A DNA stretch of 64,000 nucleotides from Lepidodermella squamata (taxonomy: Eukaryota; Animalia; Gastrotricha), in contig JBLDXI010000032.1 of the NCBI GenBank assembly GCA_047495785.1, forward strand, positions 1,922,001 through 1,986,000, written 5' to 3'. Both the position numbers and the translations under genes were made by a program. Positions 48,828 to 62,794 of this stretch are shown piece after piece. How positions within the stretch are numbered: position 1 is the first letter of the stretch; every line of letters starts with the position of its first letter. Below the pieces are notes generated by a model. The model ran no database searches and had not been told where the DNA came from. It saw only the letters and a program-made list of their open reading frames with translations.

Positions 48828-50462
48828 GGTCAATTCCCGTGAGCGCAACCTCAAGAGCGTAACCGCGCGTGCGTAACCTTATTTGCGTAACTTTTGCTGA
48901 GCGCAACCTGTGTGCGCAACCTTTTGTATTTAAGCTGGAAAATTGTTAGAAGCCGATAGAAATTTATTTCGACTGCAAAACAGGGAGGAAAATATATACC
49001 CTATATGCTCGGGTTATAAACCCCTACATTACACACATTTTCGGTAATTGTTTCATTAGTCAAAAACGTGTATGTTACGACTTTAAAATTAATTTTGAAA
49101 CGCCGCTGACGAAATGAGACGCCGATTTCACAAAAAGATTCCTCTCGGTGATATCTTTCAAACACACCTTGAATTCAGAAAACTGATGTCTCAATCGCGA
49201 GCGGTAATTACCTGAATTTTGTGAGGTAACTTGGCCGATTTTCAACGTGCGTATTCGCAGTAAAATGTGGCCTAGACATGGAGAGGGCGTGATGAATCAT
49301 TGTTCTAGTTTGTGCCAGATCGACACAAGTAAAATAGCCATGCGGCCAAGTTACCCCACTTGGTCAAGATCACTTCAATTGATTTTATCGGTCGTCAACC
49401 GGGTGTTGACTAGTCGATCGAGAATTGAACGGGGATTTTTTGGTAAAAAATTTAAAGCGAAACAAGTTACCCCACACCACGGTAATTCCATCCCTAATTT
49501 CGTATTATTTTCACCTGTTTCTTTAAGGAAGAAAACCGTTAATGAGCGCCTCATTTTTATGAGCCTGCAATAAAAGGTACGCTTTTGTATTAGAGCGATT
49601 AATGTGCGCAAACATCAAGGTGTGATCACGGAAGATCAATTATTTCAAGTGGCGGTAAGCTAGACCATGGGGTGTCGTAGAGAGGCGACGAGGATGGCGA
49701 GGGTGACTCTACGTGTGAGTGCGCGCTTTACGCACAGCGGCTTGTTTGCTTTAGTATAGCCCGTTGTGATTTGAGCCCCACAAGGACTTGACGCTTTTCC
49801 GCTGTCAGCAGATACTATTCATCCGTGATTACTTTTTTATTTTTATTAAGGTGGATCGTAAAAATCATTGCATTAATATTAACGCGAGCATCGACTTCGT
49901 CAAGAGAGCCTAAAAGCGTGGCCTCGCAGTAATTCAAAAATTTTCTCGCTGTCCATCTACAGTTAAAAACCACATTTCAAAATCTATCTTGATATTGATT
50001 CATTTTGAGTCTTCAGAGGCCTGCTGCGTCCGCTTAGTGGTTCTTCGTCCTCACAGCTGCGGCCGAGGTGCTATTCATCTTAAGGTGGATCATGTTGTCA
50101 ACAGGTTAAGTAATACATTTTCGCTAGCAAACGGTTTAAGATGCTGATGAAAAATGTTGCTTCGTTTATCATCTGCAATAAATTTTCATACAAATCGTGG
50201 ATAATTAAATCTATTTTTTTTTTAATTTTTGGCGGATTGGTTAGCAAATACACGGTTGGGTGAAAATTCCGTGAACGTGCGCTTTTGAGCAACAATTGTG
50301 CGATTGAACTAATGAGAATTACCTTGGTATTTTGACTTATTTATTTACACAGCAGGTTTCGCCCAATAGTTGCGCACGTCGGTCGCGCACACAGGTTACG
50401 CACACGAAAAGTTACGCACAAGCGAGGTTACGCTCATGAGGTTGCGCTTACGGGACATAACC
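48828..50462. mobile_element. Non-autonomous TIR element, 8-bp TSD (Merlin/MULE-like)
   Basis: CTCTTATA on both sides (48820-48827, 50463-50470); TIRs ggtcaattcccgtgagcgcaacctcaagagcgtaacc / ggttacgctcatgaggttgcgcttacgggacataacc, with ~15-bp gcg(c/t)aacc subrepeats. Confidence 0.82.
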
Positions 50463-50604
50463 CTCTTATATACTCTTATTAATCACCATTAACCAACTGC
50501 AATTAATCCGAGAGATTGCATTGAAAGGGGCATTTTTTTGCTTAAAGATATCACACTTTAGCCGAAAGTGGACGATCAATAAAAATTATTTCTCTGCCAA
50601 TTAA

Positions 50605-51162
50605 CCCTTTCACGGCGGAATTTTTTTCAGCCAAGCAAAAAAAATCCAATTTTTTAAATTTCCAGCAAATTAAGGAAGGAATCGGAAAATCGGCAACCAC
50701 ATGCTATTCTTAGGCCTGATGCGCATGTTTCCCACCAGTTACTGATTTCACTGAAATTTTCAATCCCGCTATTTTTTCAAATATAGATTCATCCGGATGA
50801 ATTCATAGAAATCGTCAGCCAGTCTATTTTGCTGTCAGTTTTTCGTGGAATTTCGAAAAAACGTATTGGGTAGTCAATTAGACCCTGCCGGACACGCCTG
50901 TGAAGTCAGATACACCAGGAAAAATATCCAAGACTTTGTTTTACTCGATTGAAAAAAATAAGAAAAACGTGCATCGGTTTGAAATTTTAAAATTGATCGT
51001 ATTTCAAGAGGGGAAGTGATAACTAAATTTGGCTTTCAGATTCTTGTAGGCAACATCCGAAAGTAGTATTTTGCCAATTATGATGAAAGAATTCGTTAAA
51101 CTGATGGAACTGTGAATTAGCAAAGTCGAAATTCCGAAATCGTCCTTCCCGCCGTGAAAGGG
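50605..51162. mobile_element. piggyBac-like MITE A
   Basis: TTAA-CCCTTTCACGGCGG...CCGCCGTGAAAGGG-TTAA. Confidence 0.85.
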
Positions 51163-51166
51163 TTAA

Positions 51167-51944
51167 CCCTTTCACGGCGGGAAGGACGATTTCGGAATTT
51201 CGACTTTGAAAATTCACAGAAAATTGAATTCGATGAATTTTTGATCGCCCTTTTCAGGAATATTGCTTTTCGATGTTGGCTACAAGGTTTTGAGACCAAG
51301 GCGCCGTTATCTTGCATGGTCAGGACATACAAGCAAATTGAAAATAGTCAACCTGAGATTGAAATTTCGATTTTTTTCAACTTGAAATCTCATAGGTTTC
51401 TGATGATTTTTTGATCCAACAAAAAATACCACCGTGTCCGCCATAGTCTCATTGACCTCTGTGTAAATTTGTTCGAGTTGGAAATTAAAAATGACGACGC
51501 TATTGAGATTTAATCAAACCGGCCGAAATCGTCCTATCCGCCAGGACTCATACAGGCGGAGTGCGTGGTTTTTGTGCTGCAAAAACTGTCGCGAGCAAAA
51601 ACTGAAAAAGCTGAATTCAGATCTGAATGCTGAGCCTCTGAAACTTTTTTAAACTGAATGTTTTCGGCGATTTAAGTGAGGGAGAATCTTGGGGGCATTC
51701 ACGGGAGTAATTTATAATCTAAAATTCCAAAGCTGGAGGCACCTGACACAGAAATTAGGGTGTTCGAAAAATCTGCTGAAATCAGCTGGGCGGATAGGAC
51801 GATTTCGGCCAGTTTTTGTACAGCATTAACGGTGATAGATAGAGATAAACGGGTTTCAAAATCGTGATCAGGGCCCTTTAAAACCCCTAGAACTGCCGTC
51901 AAATATTTTTTCTCCCGCAGATAAATAATTCCGCCATGAAAGGG
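51167..51944. mobile_element. piggyBac-like MITE B, head-to-head with A and sharing one TTAA
   Basis: TTAA-CCCTTTCACGGCGG...CCGCCATGAAAGGG-TTAA (TTAA at 51163-51166 and 51945-51948). Confidence 0.85.
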
Positions 51945-53958
51945 TTAATAAATGTTGCCGTGGTAGAGATTGAAATTTCTTATGTGCTTTTGCTTTTTAC
52001 TCAGCTTTACTCACATTAAAAATTGTTACTCCTGACGCCCGATGCCGAAAGGGTTGGTTCTATTTATTTTGCTTTTATTTTGTTGTGGTTATTCGGATTT
52101 TTGAGAACGAACACATTTACATTTGAATTTTGTAAATTTTGGGAGTGGTTTTTCATCAGACTTCTACCTTTTCAGGGGTCTCATCAGTGCTGGTAAGTTG
52201 TTATCATTTGATAGTTGACAGAAATAAAAGTTACAGCTGTATCGTGTATTGCCTTCCATTGGCGAGCTGCCAACTCTGACTGCTAATTTCAGTTTTGACT
52301 AAAATGAAAACTCAAAGCCCCTTCTTTGGCCTATTTTCTCTAAAAAAATGGCTAAAATTGCTTTTGACGTGAGTCAAATGTTTGCGAAATTCCCACAATT
52401 TTCTCGCTACGCTCGAAGGCTTCTAGGAAACAATAGTGTCGATGTCTCCTACTGAAATCAGCACTCTTTGACCTAGGATTCTCCTCAGAAAAAAGAAAAT
52501 GCCCCTCTCTCAGATCCACAACAACTACCAAAATATGTTCCTGGTTCGCCCCTGGTTGTTAGGTAACATTTCTAAGGATAAAAAAAATGATGAACAGTTT
52601 TTAGACAAATTAAATATAAATATACAAATCTACGGCACAATCTAAGATCTAAGGAACACCGCGTGCTCAATTATTCAAGAGTAATTCATCAGCCGAAAAA
52701 GCAGTGAAAAAGGGGCTTCATAATGCGTGGCGCCGCTCAAGTGGCCTAAAGCCCTGGTACTGAAATCCAGAGGTAAAAAACGGGAGCAGATTTTGTAGAC
52801 CAGACTGAGCTAACATAATTTGAGCAAATGTGTCCTATTTTCGCAAAAATTATTAGAATTGAGAAATTCGATGGCACTTTGCTGGGGCTGTTCCTGGCTC
52901 AACTGACCTTCTCAATGCCCTTTGCCACCTTATATTCGAGTTGAATATTGTCTCAAAAGCTGCCATCGGGTCTTGAGGAATACATGGGCCTAGTTCGATC
53001 TTCGCTTTCAAAATCAGCAACTCTTTATGCGATAATTATTGTTGATGCATTGAACTGATTTGACGAAACGTTCTGACCCCTATTTCTTGGCTGCCAACAC
53101 GGCTTCTGTTTCTTCAGCTCCAATCTAAATCGCGTAAATTTTCATATTATTATATGGGTATTTTTTAATTTAAAATATTTAGATTTGTCACTTGACCTTC
53201 AACACATTAAAAGTGGGATTTGGCTTAATGCCGAGTGAAACCCGGTACTATAAAGTCAAAACGGACTGTCCGTCTGTCTGAAGCCCTGCCCGCACTTGAC
53301 CCGCACACCTTCAATATCGTCAGCGAATTAGCGGATTTTAATGCTATCAGGTAGATTTTCGTGGATGTCATTTAAAAAGAAGGGGCCCTAGTAACCTCGA
53401 GTTACGTCGCATTTCTCGCTTTTTTCTTGTTGACTGCGTTTGATCAATTACGATTTGAGCTTGGCAATGAGGTTTTGTGTGACGCAGAGTCGAATGCCTT
53501 CGCGAAATCCAATTAAATTATATCAACCAGCACATATTTGTCAATCACATACAATCAATCAAAATTGCTTTCAAGTAGCTGGGTGAGAGTGGATTTTTTG
53601 GATACGACTTCTTCGACTCCACACTGCTTAGTTATCCTGGTCCTAATACCATATATCCCTCGTCCAAAAATGAAAGATCATTAGCCTAATTTTTTAAAAC
53701 CAGTCGAACTCCGCGAAAGGTTGCAGCGACAGGTGAAAATAGAGAGCAATTTTCGCACTGGAAATGACATTGGAGTGATGTTTACTCGTAATATTCACTC
53801 GTTTTTCTGCATTTTCTGCGTTGGCTAATTTTTTACTCCGGTTTTTGTCTCGCAAGTTTCCGAACGTGGACCGCACTGGCGGCTTAGATTCGCCGTGTTA
53901 TGTTCATTTTTTATTTTGTTTCATTTCATGTTTTGAAAATAGGGCTTTACATTCTGAA

Positions 53959-56900
53959 ATGAGTAAGGGCCCTCCGAAGCCCCCTATCACAGGGTCAAAT
54001 GCTGTAAGACGGACCATCGTCATGCGTCCCAAGCCTCGACCTGATGAAAGCGAAGCTGAACGTCAGAATCAAGGTTGAATTTGCTTACTGGGAACTAGTC
54101 AGACTTGATTTGTTTATTATTTATAGAGGTTATTGCGTCTATTATTGCGAAAGAAAATGCTGAAAAGGAAGCCGAAGCATTTGCTCGATTGGCTGCAATG
54201 GAGAAACACTTTGATAAGAAAAGCCCAGAACCTGAACAGAAGACTGCCGGCAATAAGGATGACTTCCTTAGCGAGATAAGTCAGGGCGACCGACTGCGGC
54301 CAGTAAATGAACCGCAGACAGGTAAAATTGTCTCCTTTATGTTGAATTTCAACCGAAAATATTTTCCACCAGCTTTAAAGACTGTTGATGTAACCGCTGC
54401 AGTCAACGCCAGTCCGAACGCATTCGCTACTGCTGCTGCTTATTCTGTTCGTTTTTGGCTTTGAGATTACAAATATATTCTTATTTTCAAAATTTTAATT
54501 TCAGTCTTTATTTAAAACCGACAACGGCGAAGAGGTTGGTTCAATAACCTTCTGTGGCACGGTCAAGTTGGTGGACTCTCATTTCTACTACTGGCCTGAC
54601 TTCAAAACAGTCACTACCCTAAACATCTCCTATTGCCCTAATATCACTAACTTCGGAATACGGCTGATCAAAGAGGCATTTCCCAAGCTAAAAAAGGTAA
54701 CATGATCACAATTAAAGCGGATTGTTTCATTTTAGATTAATTATAGTTAGACGCTTCCGGATGTCGGTTGGTTACCGAATCAGTACTTGAGGCTATTTCT
54801 GACCCTGCATTCACTGCCATTTTCAATTGGACCGGAATTCGATATATTCCTCATAAAACACGGTTTCTAACACTAGAAACCAGGGGCTGTCCGTTAATTA
54901 TCAAAAAAGAAGCGACTAATCTTATCGTCAATTCACCGGATGGTAATATCTGAAATTATTCATGAATTGTTATCTAAAGTTTCATTTAGGAACCATCGAT
55001 CGGAATTCTCTACAAGAAAAATTCGCTGCAGCAGCAGCATCTGAGTCATCTGCCCAGCTTGAAACCCTGTTAAGTGAATACTCGTTCACTAAAATTGTTG
55101 TCATCAAACCGGTGTCGCATGCAGCTAAATCAATCGCCGTTGATTGGCTGAAACCCGACGGCCCGGTAGAGGGTATTTCACAAAGCGCCATTTCGTATCG
55201 ATCAGGGCCTTATCGTGTTATTGAATGCGATTTTCATGCGCCTCTTTCGCTTTTTCTTACCAACAATTGCATTGTAGTCATACCTTTTGTCAACGATTCG
55301 GCATCAGCTCTTTTGCGATCGGTTGATTGTCGCTTTTCGTTCGTTTCATCGATTTTGACTGATTTTCACGCCATAGCTGTGCCTGTTTCGCTCGAAGGTC
55401 CCGTAGAATTTGACGAAACTACGCTTTCGGCTGTTAAAGCTGAGCAGACCAATGCATCTCTGCAAGGCTCCTCAGTTGACGAATCTGAGAAGGAGAAACG
55501 AAAGCCCGAGGAAAACCCAAAGGCTGCTAGACGTAATTTCTATTTATCGAACCACCTAACTTTTTTGCCGAGTTTTGAATCGGCTAAAGCATGGTTGATT
55601 GCAAATAAGCCTCGTTCTAGTTTTCCACTTGAAGTTTTTCCATTGCTGGAATATTTGACAAAATCAAATATTTTTAATTCGACGGAAAAACTATTCATCA
55701 CCTCGGAAGACTTGAGTTCAATCCTCCCACAACCTCTGCTTGAAGGCTTGACTGAGAAGTCATTACTGCCGCATTGGGCATCATTCGCCTCCGTTTTAGC
55801 TGAAACCGGAAATATTTGGAGTGAGTACTCAAGCAGCCAGGATGATCCAAATCTGAATAATTCGTTCTCCTACTTGACAAGCACGTCGAATTTGATGAAA
55901 ATTGTTGAAGTACTCACGACCACCTGTGACGTGGAAAGTAGCAGTGAGAATGTGAAATGTCTTCCCCCAGGTACCAAGCTGTGTAGAATCGATGCGATAG
56001 CCCATTTGTTAACTGGCGTTGCCGAGTCTGATAAAATTCGGCTGTTTTCCGAATTCGAGCGCAGCGGAATCGGAATCTTCAATTTGAAGCAAAGCATGGC
56101 ACTGTCGGCTGTGAACCTAAGTAGCAGCCCCACTATTTCTGATGGGCATTTTTCGAGTAGTTCTGAGCTTAACCTGAACTCGGAACATCGGACTATTGCT
56201 TGCCACCCAGATATGGTTATTCAACATCTGATATCTCGCCTAAGCAAGGTGTTCAGACCCGTTTTGATATGGAAGCACGGCGCGGTCTTTGATGAATGCT
56301 CCTCCTTGATAATTAAAGTCAGGTTGAATGTAACGGTCAGGTCGAGTGACATCCAATATTCGATTTTGGTCTCGACGTCGAGTGATATTCGTGGCTTTGG
56401 CGATAATCAAGTTCAGCGGCGCGAGCTCATTCAAGCATCGTGTGGAATTGTCTCACAAATTTGCACCGCTGTCCTTGCGCCTTACGCCCTCAACGAATGG
56501 TACAAAAATCCTCCGAAATCGTATTTTCACCCATTGCTCCAGTTTGATCATAAAACCGAAGTAATCCGAACTTTCTCGCGTGATTTTGATTTGTCATCAC
56601 CTCGTTGCGCTCGTTGCTTATTGACCCCTGGTATAATCGGTCTGCTGCGACAAGCGAATTGGCGATATGCTGCAAACAGCTACAACATGATAGAAAAGGC
56701 CAGCGATGAGTTCGAGATTCCGATTCCACTTGACCTGACTGCGCCGTCAAATTTCATCGAGATTTCGACGAATTCAGGATTTGAATTCTGCCGATTTCAT
56801 GTCAGCAACGAAGTCGGTCTTTGCGACAGTAATACCAGCCTAAAAATGTATTTCAAAGAGAGGAATATTTGCGCGATCGAAGAGCAAGAAATTGTTCACG

Positions 56901-59900
56901 AGCCGAACGGCCACGGTACATTTAGTACGTGCAAGCAAGCTGCTCTGATCAATATTGAAAATCTGTTTCCTATCGTCCGATTCGACGCGCGTTTGCTCGA
57001 TAACGGCGTTGAAATTGTGGTGGCAGTCGACGGCCGCGTTGTTTTGAGATCAATCGTTAAGGTGGCTGATACCAATTTATTATCGCATTTGATTATGACA
57101 GTTAAGCCTGACTCGCATCAGAACCCATTCTACTCATATGTGGCGAGGAAGTGGGATAGACCACCGCTTGCTAGCAAAGCCGAGTTGTTCGCCGATATTA
57201 AGGTGGATATGATATTGGAAATTATTATGCCGAGTGGACTGATTTGTCCGGCTCTTGTAATCAATTACGACGAGACCAATGCTACAGTCGAGATGTCAGT
57301 ACGGTTGTCGGACGTTGAAATTGTCATTGAAACGCGTGAAATAAAATCTCCGACGTTGCTGCCTGTCGGCTTTTGTAAGTACCTACTGTCAGATGACGTA
57401 ATTCTCAATCGATTCCGAAATTCTATACGAGAGAAAGTTGGTATCGAGCTCAGCGATGAGCTTAAAGACTGTTGGGACAAAGAGCCAAATCTCTATTTAT
57501 TCAAGGAATTGTTACTGGTGGAGCAAGGCAAGATTGTCGGATTCCCTCTTAGTGAACGTGTAAGGAAACGGGAAAAAGAGCTAGCCGAGATGAGAGAAGC
57601 GAAGAAGGAGGAGGATGAAACAGTGGTGAGATCCGATGGCAAGCTTTACCGTGTCGTCGACGAAAAGAACGATTTCGATAACCCCGTTCGCTACCCTTTT
57701 AGCCGATTTGACAGTTCGCTGATGGTGGGATTTTCGCCTGTTGTTGCTTCCCAGCTGAAGAACCCATGCCCAGTAGTCCTACCGCGAAAGCTGGCAAAAG
57801 CTCGACGCGAACTTGACAGGCCCACTATCGACAACGAATTGCAAACATTTATCAGATCGAATGTTTTGACTCTGCCGCTTTGTCAGTCGTTTAGCGTGCA
57901 GGACTGCCTTTTTCCGTCGTTTTCACTCGTCTATCGTAAAGAGGAGGCGCCATTGACAACCCACGTGTTGTGTGGAGCATCTCTGATTCATTTCACGAAT
58001 GAAACTTTGCCTCAATCCGTAATTACCAAGGGTGCATTTATGCCACGAACATTCATGGCCACCATTCTTCGAATGATTGACCAACCTCACTTTATTCCAC
58101 CAAATGTTGAGAACATATTTCCGAATTTGAAAACCGAATCTTTTGCGACGAAAGATCTAGTCTCGCCTAGAGTTTTCTTGGAGACAACATTCCGCGAGAC
58201 GGTTTTTCCGTTCCTATTAGATTTTTACTTATCTCATGCGGATGCTAAACAAAATTGGAAGAAGGCCACTCTGTTGACTGAAAGCTACGAAATTCACCTC
58301 AAGGAGAAGGGTGAAGTTAACAATTGTCAGATTGTGTTCGCGAAGTGGCTTGCATCCGAGTACGACATCTACAACTCAAACACCGAATGTCCCTTGGTTA
58401 TGTGTGCAAAACATGCTTACATCAATTCTGAGTATGACAGGCGAAAACGAACTCAACTTCTCGATAAAATCCATGAAAAACTTGCGCCGACACTTGATAT
58501 GATAGGGCCGAATTATGACGATTTTATTACTAGTCGGGCTTTGGTTGATGCCGTACAAATCACTTCGGATTTAGTTGTGGCCACTCACTCTCCTTACTTA
58601 CGAGATTTGTACGTTGGCAACTGGAATTTGTCGGAAGTGCCGCCGTTTATTCTGTCATTTCGTCATTTGACCGAGCTCCTGTTGTGTTATAACCGCTTGT
58701 ATGATTTGCCTGGCGAATTAGCGGCTTTGAAACCTACTCTTCATCTGTTGGACGTGTCTCATAATGGATTTACCGAATTGCCAAGAGTTGTCTATCAACT
58801 CACGGAATTGCGGTCCTTGAGGGCTGACTATTTGTATATTTCGCAGGTCGATGACGGTTTGAGCCAGCTTAAATTTCTCCAACTACTTTCTCTACGCTCG
58901 AATTGTCTTACAACTTTTCCGGCGGTAATAACAAAACTGGAATATCTTAAAGTAATTGATCTATCAGGAGCGCCCCTGTTTCCATCGAATGCTCGCTACC
59001 CGGAGGAAATCCACGCTTATGCTAGAAAATGGAACATGTATAGTGTGCTCTCTTATATTACATCCTACTTAATGTCAATCTCGACAGAAGATGTTGATAT
59101 CGAATCATTCAATGCGTATGTCTTTGATAGCATACCTAGAATGAAGTTTGAAAATGGCTTCCCGACGGAAATATTTAGCCTAACCAGACTGAAAGAGTTG
59201 AGTCTTGCCTATCAACACGTTACCGACATACCTGATGAAGTAGGTCAATGCAAGTTGACTAGATTCGATTTAACGGGCTGTTTAGCTCTGAAACGAATTT
59301 CGCCTTTAATAGCTCAGACCCCGGTGGAAATATTGAATCTCTCGAATTGCCCCATGCTGCAAACCCCGCCTGCGGAAATTCGAAAACTCGGTTTCGCGGC
59401 GACAACCGCGTATTTTCGTAGGCTTTCAATGGGCTCTACTAATGTCCAGCGGACTAAATTGATGTTCGTGGGGTTAGGTGGGGCGGGCAAAACCAGTCTA
59501 GTGAGTGCGTTGATCAATCAAAACGGAAAAACAGCCCGCCCGAACGGGAAAGACACCGTTGTAACCGATGGCATCGATATCACTGATTGGGAACTGGACG
59601 CGGGAAACGGGTCGAAGGTTCAGTTCAAAATGTGGGATTTCGCCGGTCAAGTTGTTTACTATAACACGCATCAGTTTTTCCTGTCAAATCGAGCTGTTTA
59701 CCTGATTATGTGGAACATTCGATTGGGCCACGAACACGCCGGTATCGATTTTTGGCTGAGTTCGATCGCAGTTCATGCTCCACTGGCTTCGGTTATCGTT
59801 GTTGGAACTCATGCTGACCAAGTCCCAGAGGAGCGGTCATTTCTACCAGAGGCGAGCTACCGCGATCGTTTCTCTAATGTTTGCGGTTTTCATTACGTGA

Positions 59901-62794
59901 GTAGCCATACCGGTAAAGGAATCGCAGAACTTCGCGAGCATATTCGCCAGGTGGCGTTGAAACAAAAGCACATGGGCGAAGCTATTCCGCAGGGTTGGCT
60001 CACTTTCGAGACGAATTTGACGTCAAAAAATGGAAAACGGAAAAACAAAAAAGAAGACCTGACCGACTCGTCCATCCTAATGTTGGATGAGGTGATTGAA
60101 ATAGCAGATTCTGTCGGAATTTATGAGGAGGACGAATTAGACCAGGCCTTGCAATTCTTCACAGATTTAGGGTCTATCCAGTATTTCAAGTCGGATTTTT
60201 TACGCGACCGTGTCATCATCAACCCGCAATGGATCGTTGACGTTTTAGCTTGTTTGGTTTCGATCAACGATAGTCCGATAGTTGATGGGAAAATGTTCCA
60301 TAAAGACCTGGCAAAATTATGGGAAAAATACCCGATTTCGCTTCATCCATGGCTCCTGAAGTTAACTGAGGCGTTCGATCTGACTTACCCTCTGAAAAAC
60401 GAGCCAGCGTCCATCGTTGCGTGTATGTTGCCAGAAAACGCGCCACCCGACTTAGCGTGGCCTGATTTGGAGGAAAACCCTGATTGGCGTCAAGCTGAGC
60501 TAATTTTATCTTTCAAATATCTACCGACTGGACTATTCAACCGTGCCCAGGTACGCATTTGCCAGCTTTCGGACGCTAAAATGTGGCGAAAGGGTAGTAT
60601 GCTGGTCAAAAACAAGCATAGCGCTTTAATTTCGCAACCAAACGCTTCGACTGTCCACGTGAAGGTCATTGGGCCGCGGCCGGATAACATCTCATTTTTG
60701 ATACTCGAAATTTTCGATAATTTGATAAACGAATCGTTCAACGGCCTACATTGCGAGTACAAGTTCGCATGTCCTGAGTGCATTAATGCAAGGGCGAGCC
60801 ATGTTTCGATGTTTGAAAGGTCGAGAATAAGACGCGCGGCTGAGCTTCACATTCCAACTATGCAATGCTTTCACTATTTCCATCAAATCCCGACCAGAGA
60901 ATTGAGGCAGATGCTACCAGCTGAAAATGTCGGCGATTTCGACTATCAGCTGAGTCGAACTGTTCAACAGTTGTCAGGGATAAAGAATTCAGTCGCGAAT
61001 GATGTTTTAATCATCGGTACATTTGCCGATAACACCGAAAATTCGCATGAATTTGTTGGAATCGACGAAATAGCGAAAAATCTTTGTGAAAATTTGCCGG
61101 ATTTGAAAATCAACTCAATTAATAACCCGGATTCGATGCAATTCGAGCAAATCAGTTTGTTGATTCGTTCATCGCGGGTTGTCGTTTGTTGCCTTTCTCC
61201 TAATTTTCTCCTCAGTGAACATTGCCAGGCAGCTCTTTTGAGTGCAAGAGAAACTCTGAGGAAGCCTCTGGTCATCGTTTTAATCCGAGATTTGGACATT
61301 CAAGCCAGCGATGCGTTAGCTTTCACCATCGGCGATCAGGTCTACGTTAAAGCCATTAATAGAGGCAGATATAAGCCGTTAGATGTGGCTGAAACGGTCG
61401 AAATGCGGCTGAGGGAGTCGGAGCGGGTGACCTCGGCCGGTCGAGCCCGTCATCCGCCTATTTTCATCTCCTATTGCTGGCTTAATAGCAAAGACGCAAT
61501 TGAACGAGGCTCGAAAGCGAAAGAAGGATCAGTTGGCGTGACAGACCCTAGGTACCTGAAACGTTATCTAGTCGAAAAGGGCTATGAATGCTGGATTGAT
61601 ATCGAACAGGTCGGTCGAAACGGGTTGTTTGAGGACATTGCGGTCGGCCTACGTCACGCTCGTTGCGTGATTGTTTGCGTCTCTGACGAGTATGTCGAGT
61701 CGAAAAATTGCTTACGTGAGTTCCGTTTTGCAACCTCGGCGTGTACTGTCCCGATTATTCTATGCATTGTTGGCACTGGAATTGCCTGGAAGCAGTCCGA
61801 GGTTAACCTGGTTTTACCTCCCACGGCCCCTGTCATAAATTTTCAGGTTGATTCACCTGCTAATTACGATAAGCTGGTTTCAGCTGTCGGGCAGATTCTG
61901 GGCAAAAAGGTGGATGAGGCTAAACAACCAGCTGATTTAGCAAGTCTAGGCCGAAATAAAACGATGGAGGAGATTAAAATGTCCCATGCGGACCAGGCTA
62001 TTTCAAGCCAAGAAACCTTCACGGATGTTTACCGTGAAATTCGTGAGCTTGAACAGCGGCGATTTCTGCGTCAAATCGCCTCGTTTTCCGAACAAACAAC
62101 GTGCCCTCGGCTAGTTGTAATTGATGTCGACGAAAACAGCCCGCCTAATACCGAAAGTGATTCGACATCCGAGTCTAAAATTTTACGTTTCAGTAAACTT
62201 TCGTGGTGTTTGAAGTTTCTGTGTGAAAACGAGGATGGTTGGCATTATACCGATAATTCGTTGCCTATCGACTCTGATAAGGTGGATGATTTGATTTCGA
62301 GGAGTGCGCCGTATTTAGGCCGAGTTTTTTCGCTAATGAAACACTCCGATAACCCTCCGCGGCTCATGTCAGCCAAAGACCCGGCATTGAGTGAGGTATA
62401 CGAAACCGCCCTGCAAGAAATCGAGAAAATGATCAAGTTCGAGGAAAGTTTTGAGGCAGATTATCATTACTTAGTTCAATTCGCTATTGAACTCGATAGT
62501 GAAACTTCTTTTGGCGGCTTGCGGCTTTGTCAGTTAGCTGTTGGAAAAGAACTTTGGCTTTGCAGCGAGCATTCAGAAGCGATTAAATCGAAGCTGAAAG
62601 GAGTTTCGAGTGATTTCAAGGGCCGGGATAAGAAAATGGACGCGATGACCGGCATCGGCATAGGCGACAACTTCACTGTGAAACATCAGCCGATCAAAGT
62701 AGATGCGCCCGGTAGACCGTTTTCTTCAATGTCGACCAGTGGCAGAGCGCATTCAGCTAAAGCAAAAACTAGTCGAGCATGCAGTCTACAATAG
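53959..62794 (+). CDS. Roco5: paralog of Roco3 (degenerate WH2-LRR-pseudoROC/COR-MBT-like-LRR-ROC-COR-TIR-TIR) with CaaX (CSLQ)
   Basis: ATG 53959 (MSKGPPKPP..), same five introns as Roco3 (last at 54943-54989), terminal exon in ORF 54962-62794 with intact GLGGAGKTS, WDFAGQ, GTHAD and SKNCLREF. Confidence 0.9.

Noticed and set aside
49846-50091. Direct repeat ttaaggtggatc suggesting a nested element
   Set aside because: Only 12 bp and no inverted termini found.
52000-53880. Possible genes or RNA genes upstream of Roco5
   Set aside because: No sustained ORF, splice pattern, or tRNA/rRNA-like structure recognised; probably decayed repeats.
5128-62436. Numerous 60-120 aa antisense or alternate-frame ORFs inside the Roco genes, some repeated between copies
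   Set aside because: Shadow ORFs; their recurrence simply reflects paralog DNA identity.
12842-62794. ORF-track starts (12842, 21184, 37597, 54962) as true start codons; prokaryotic interpretation
   Set aside because: These starts fall in or next to introns, and conserved upstream exons splice in frame. The intron structure, CaaX boxes and TEs indicate a eukaryote.
3761-62794. Naming the genes LRRK1/LRRK2/MFHAS1/DAPK1
   Set aside because: No kinase, WD40 or death domain is present, and the TIR-TIR-CaaX end fits none of them.
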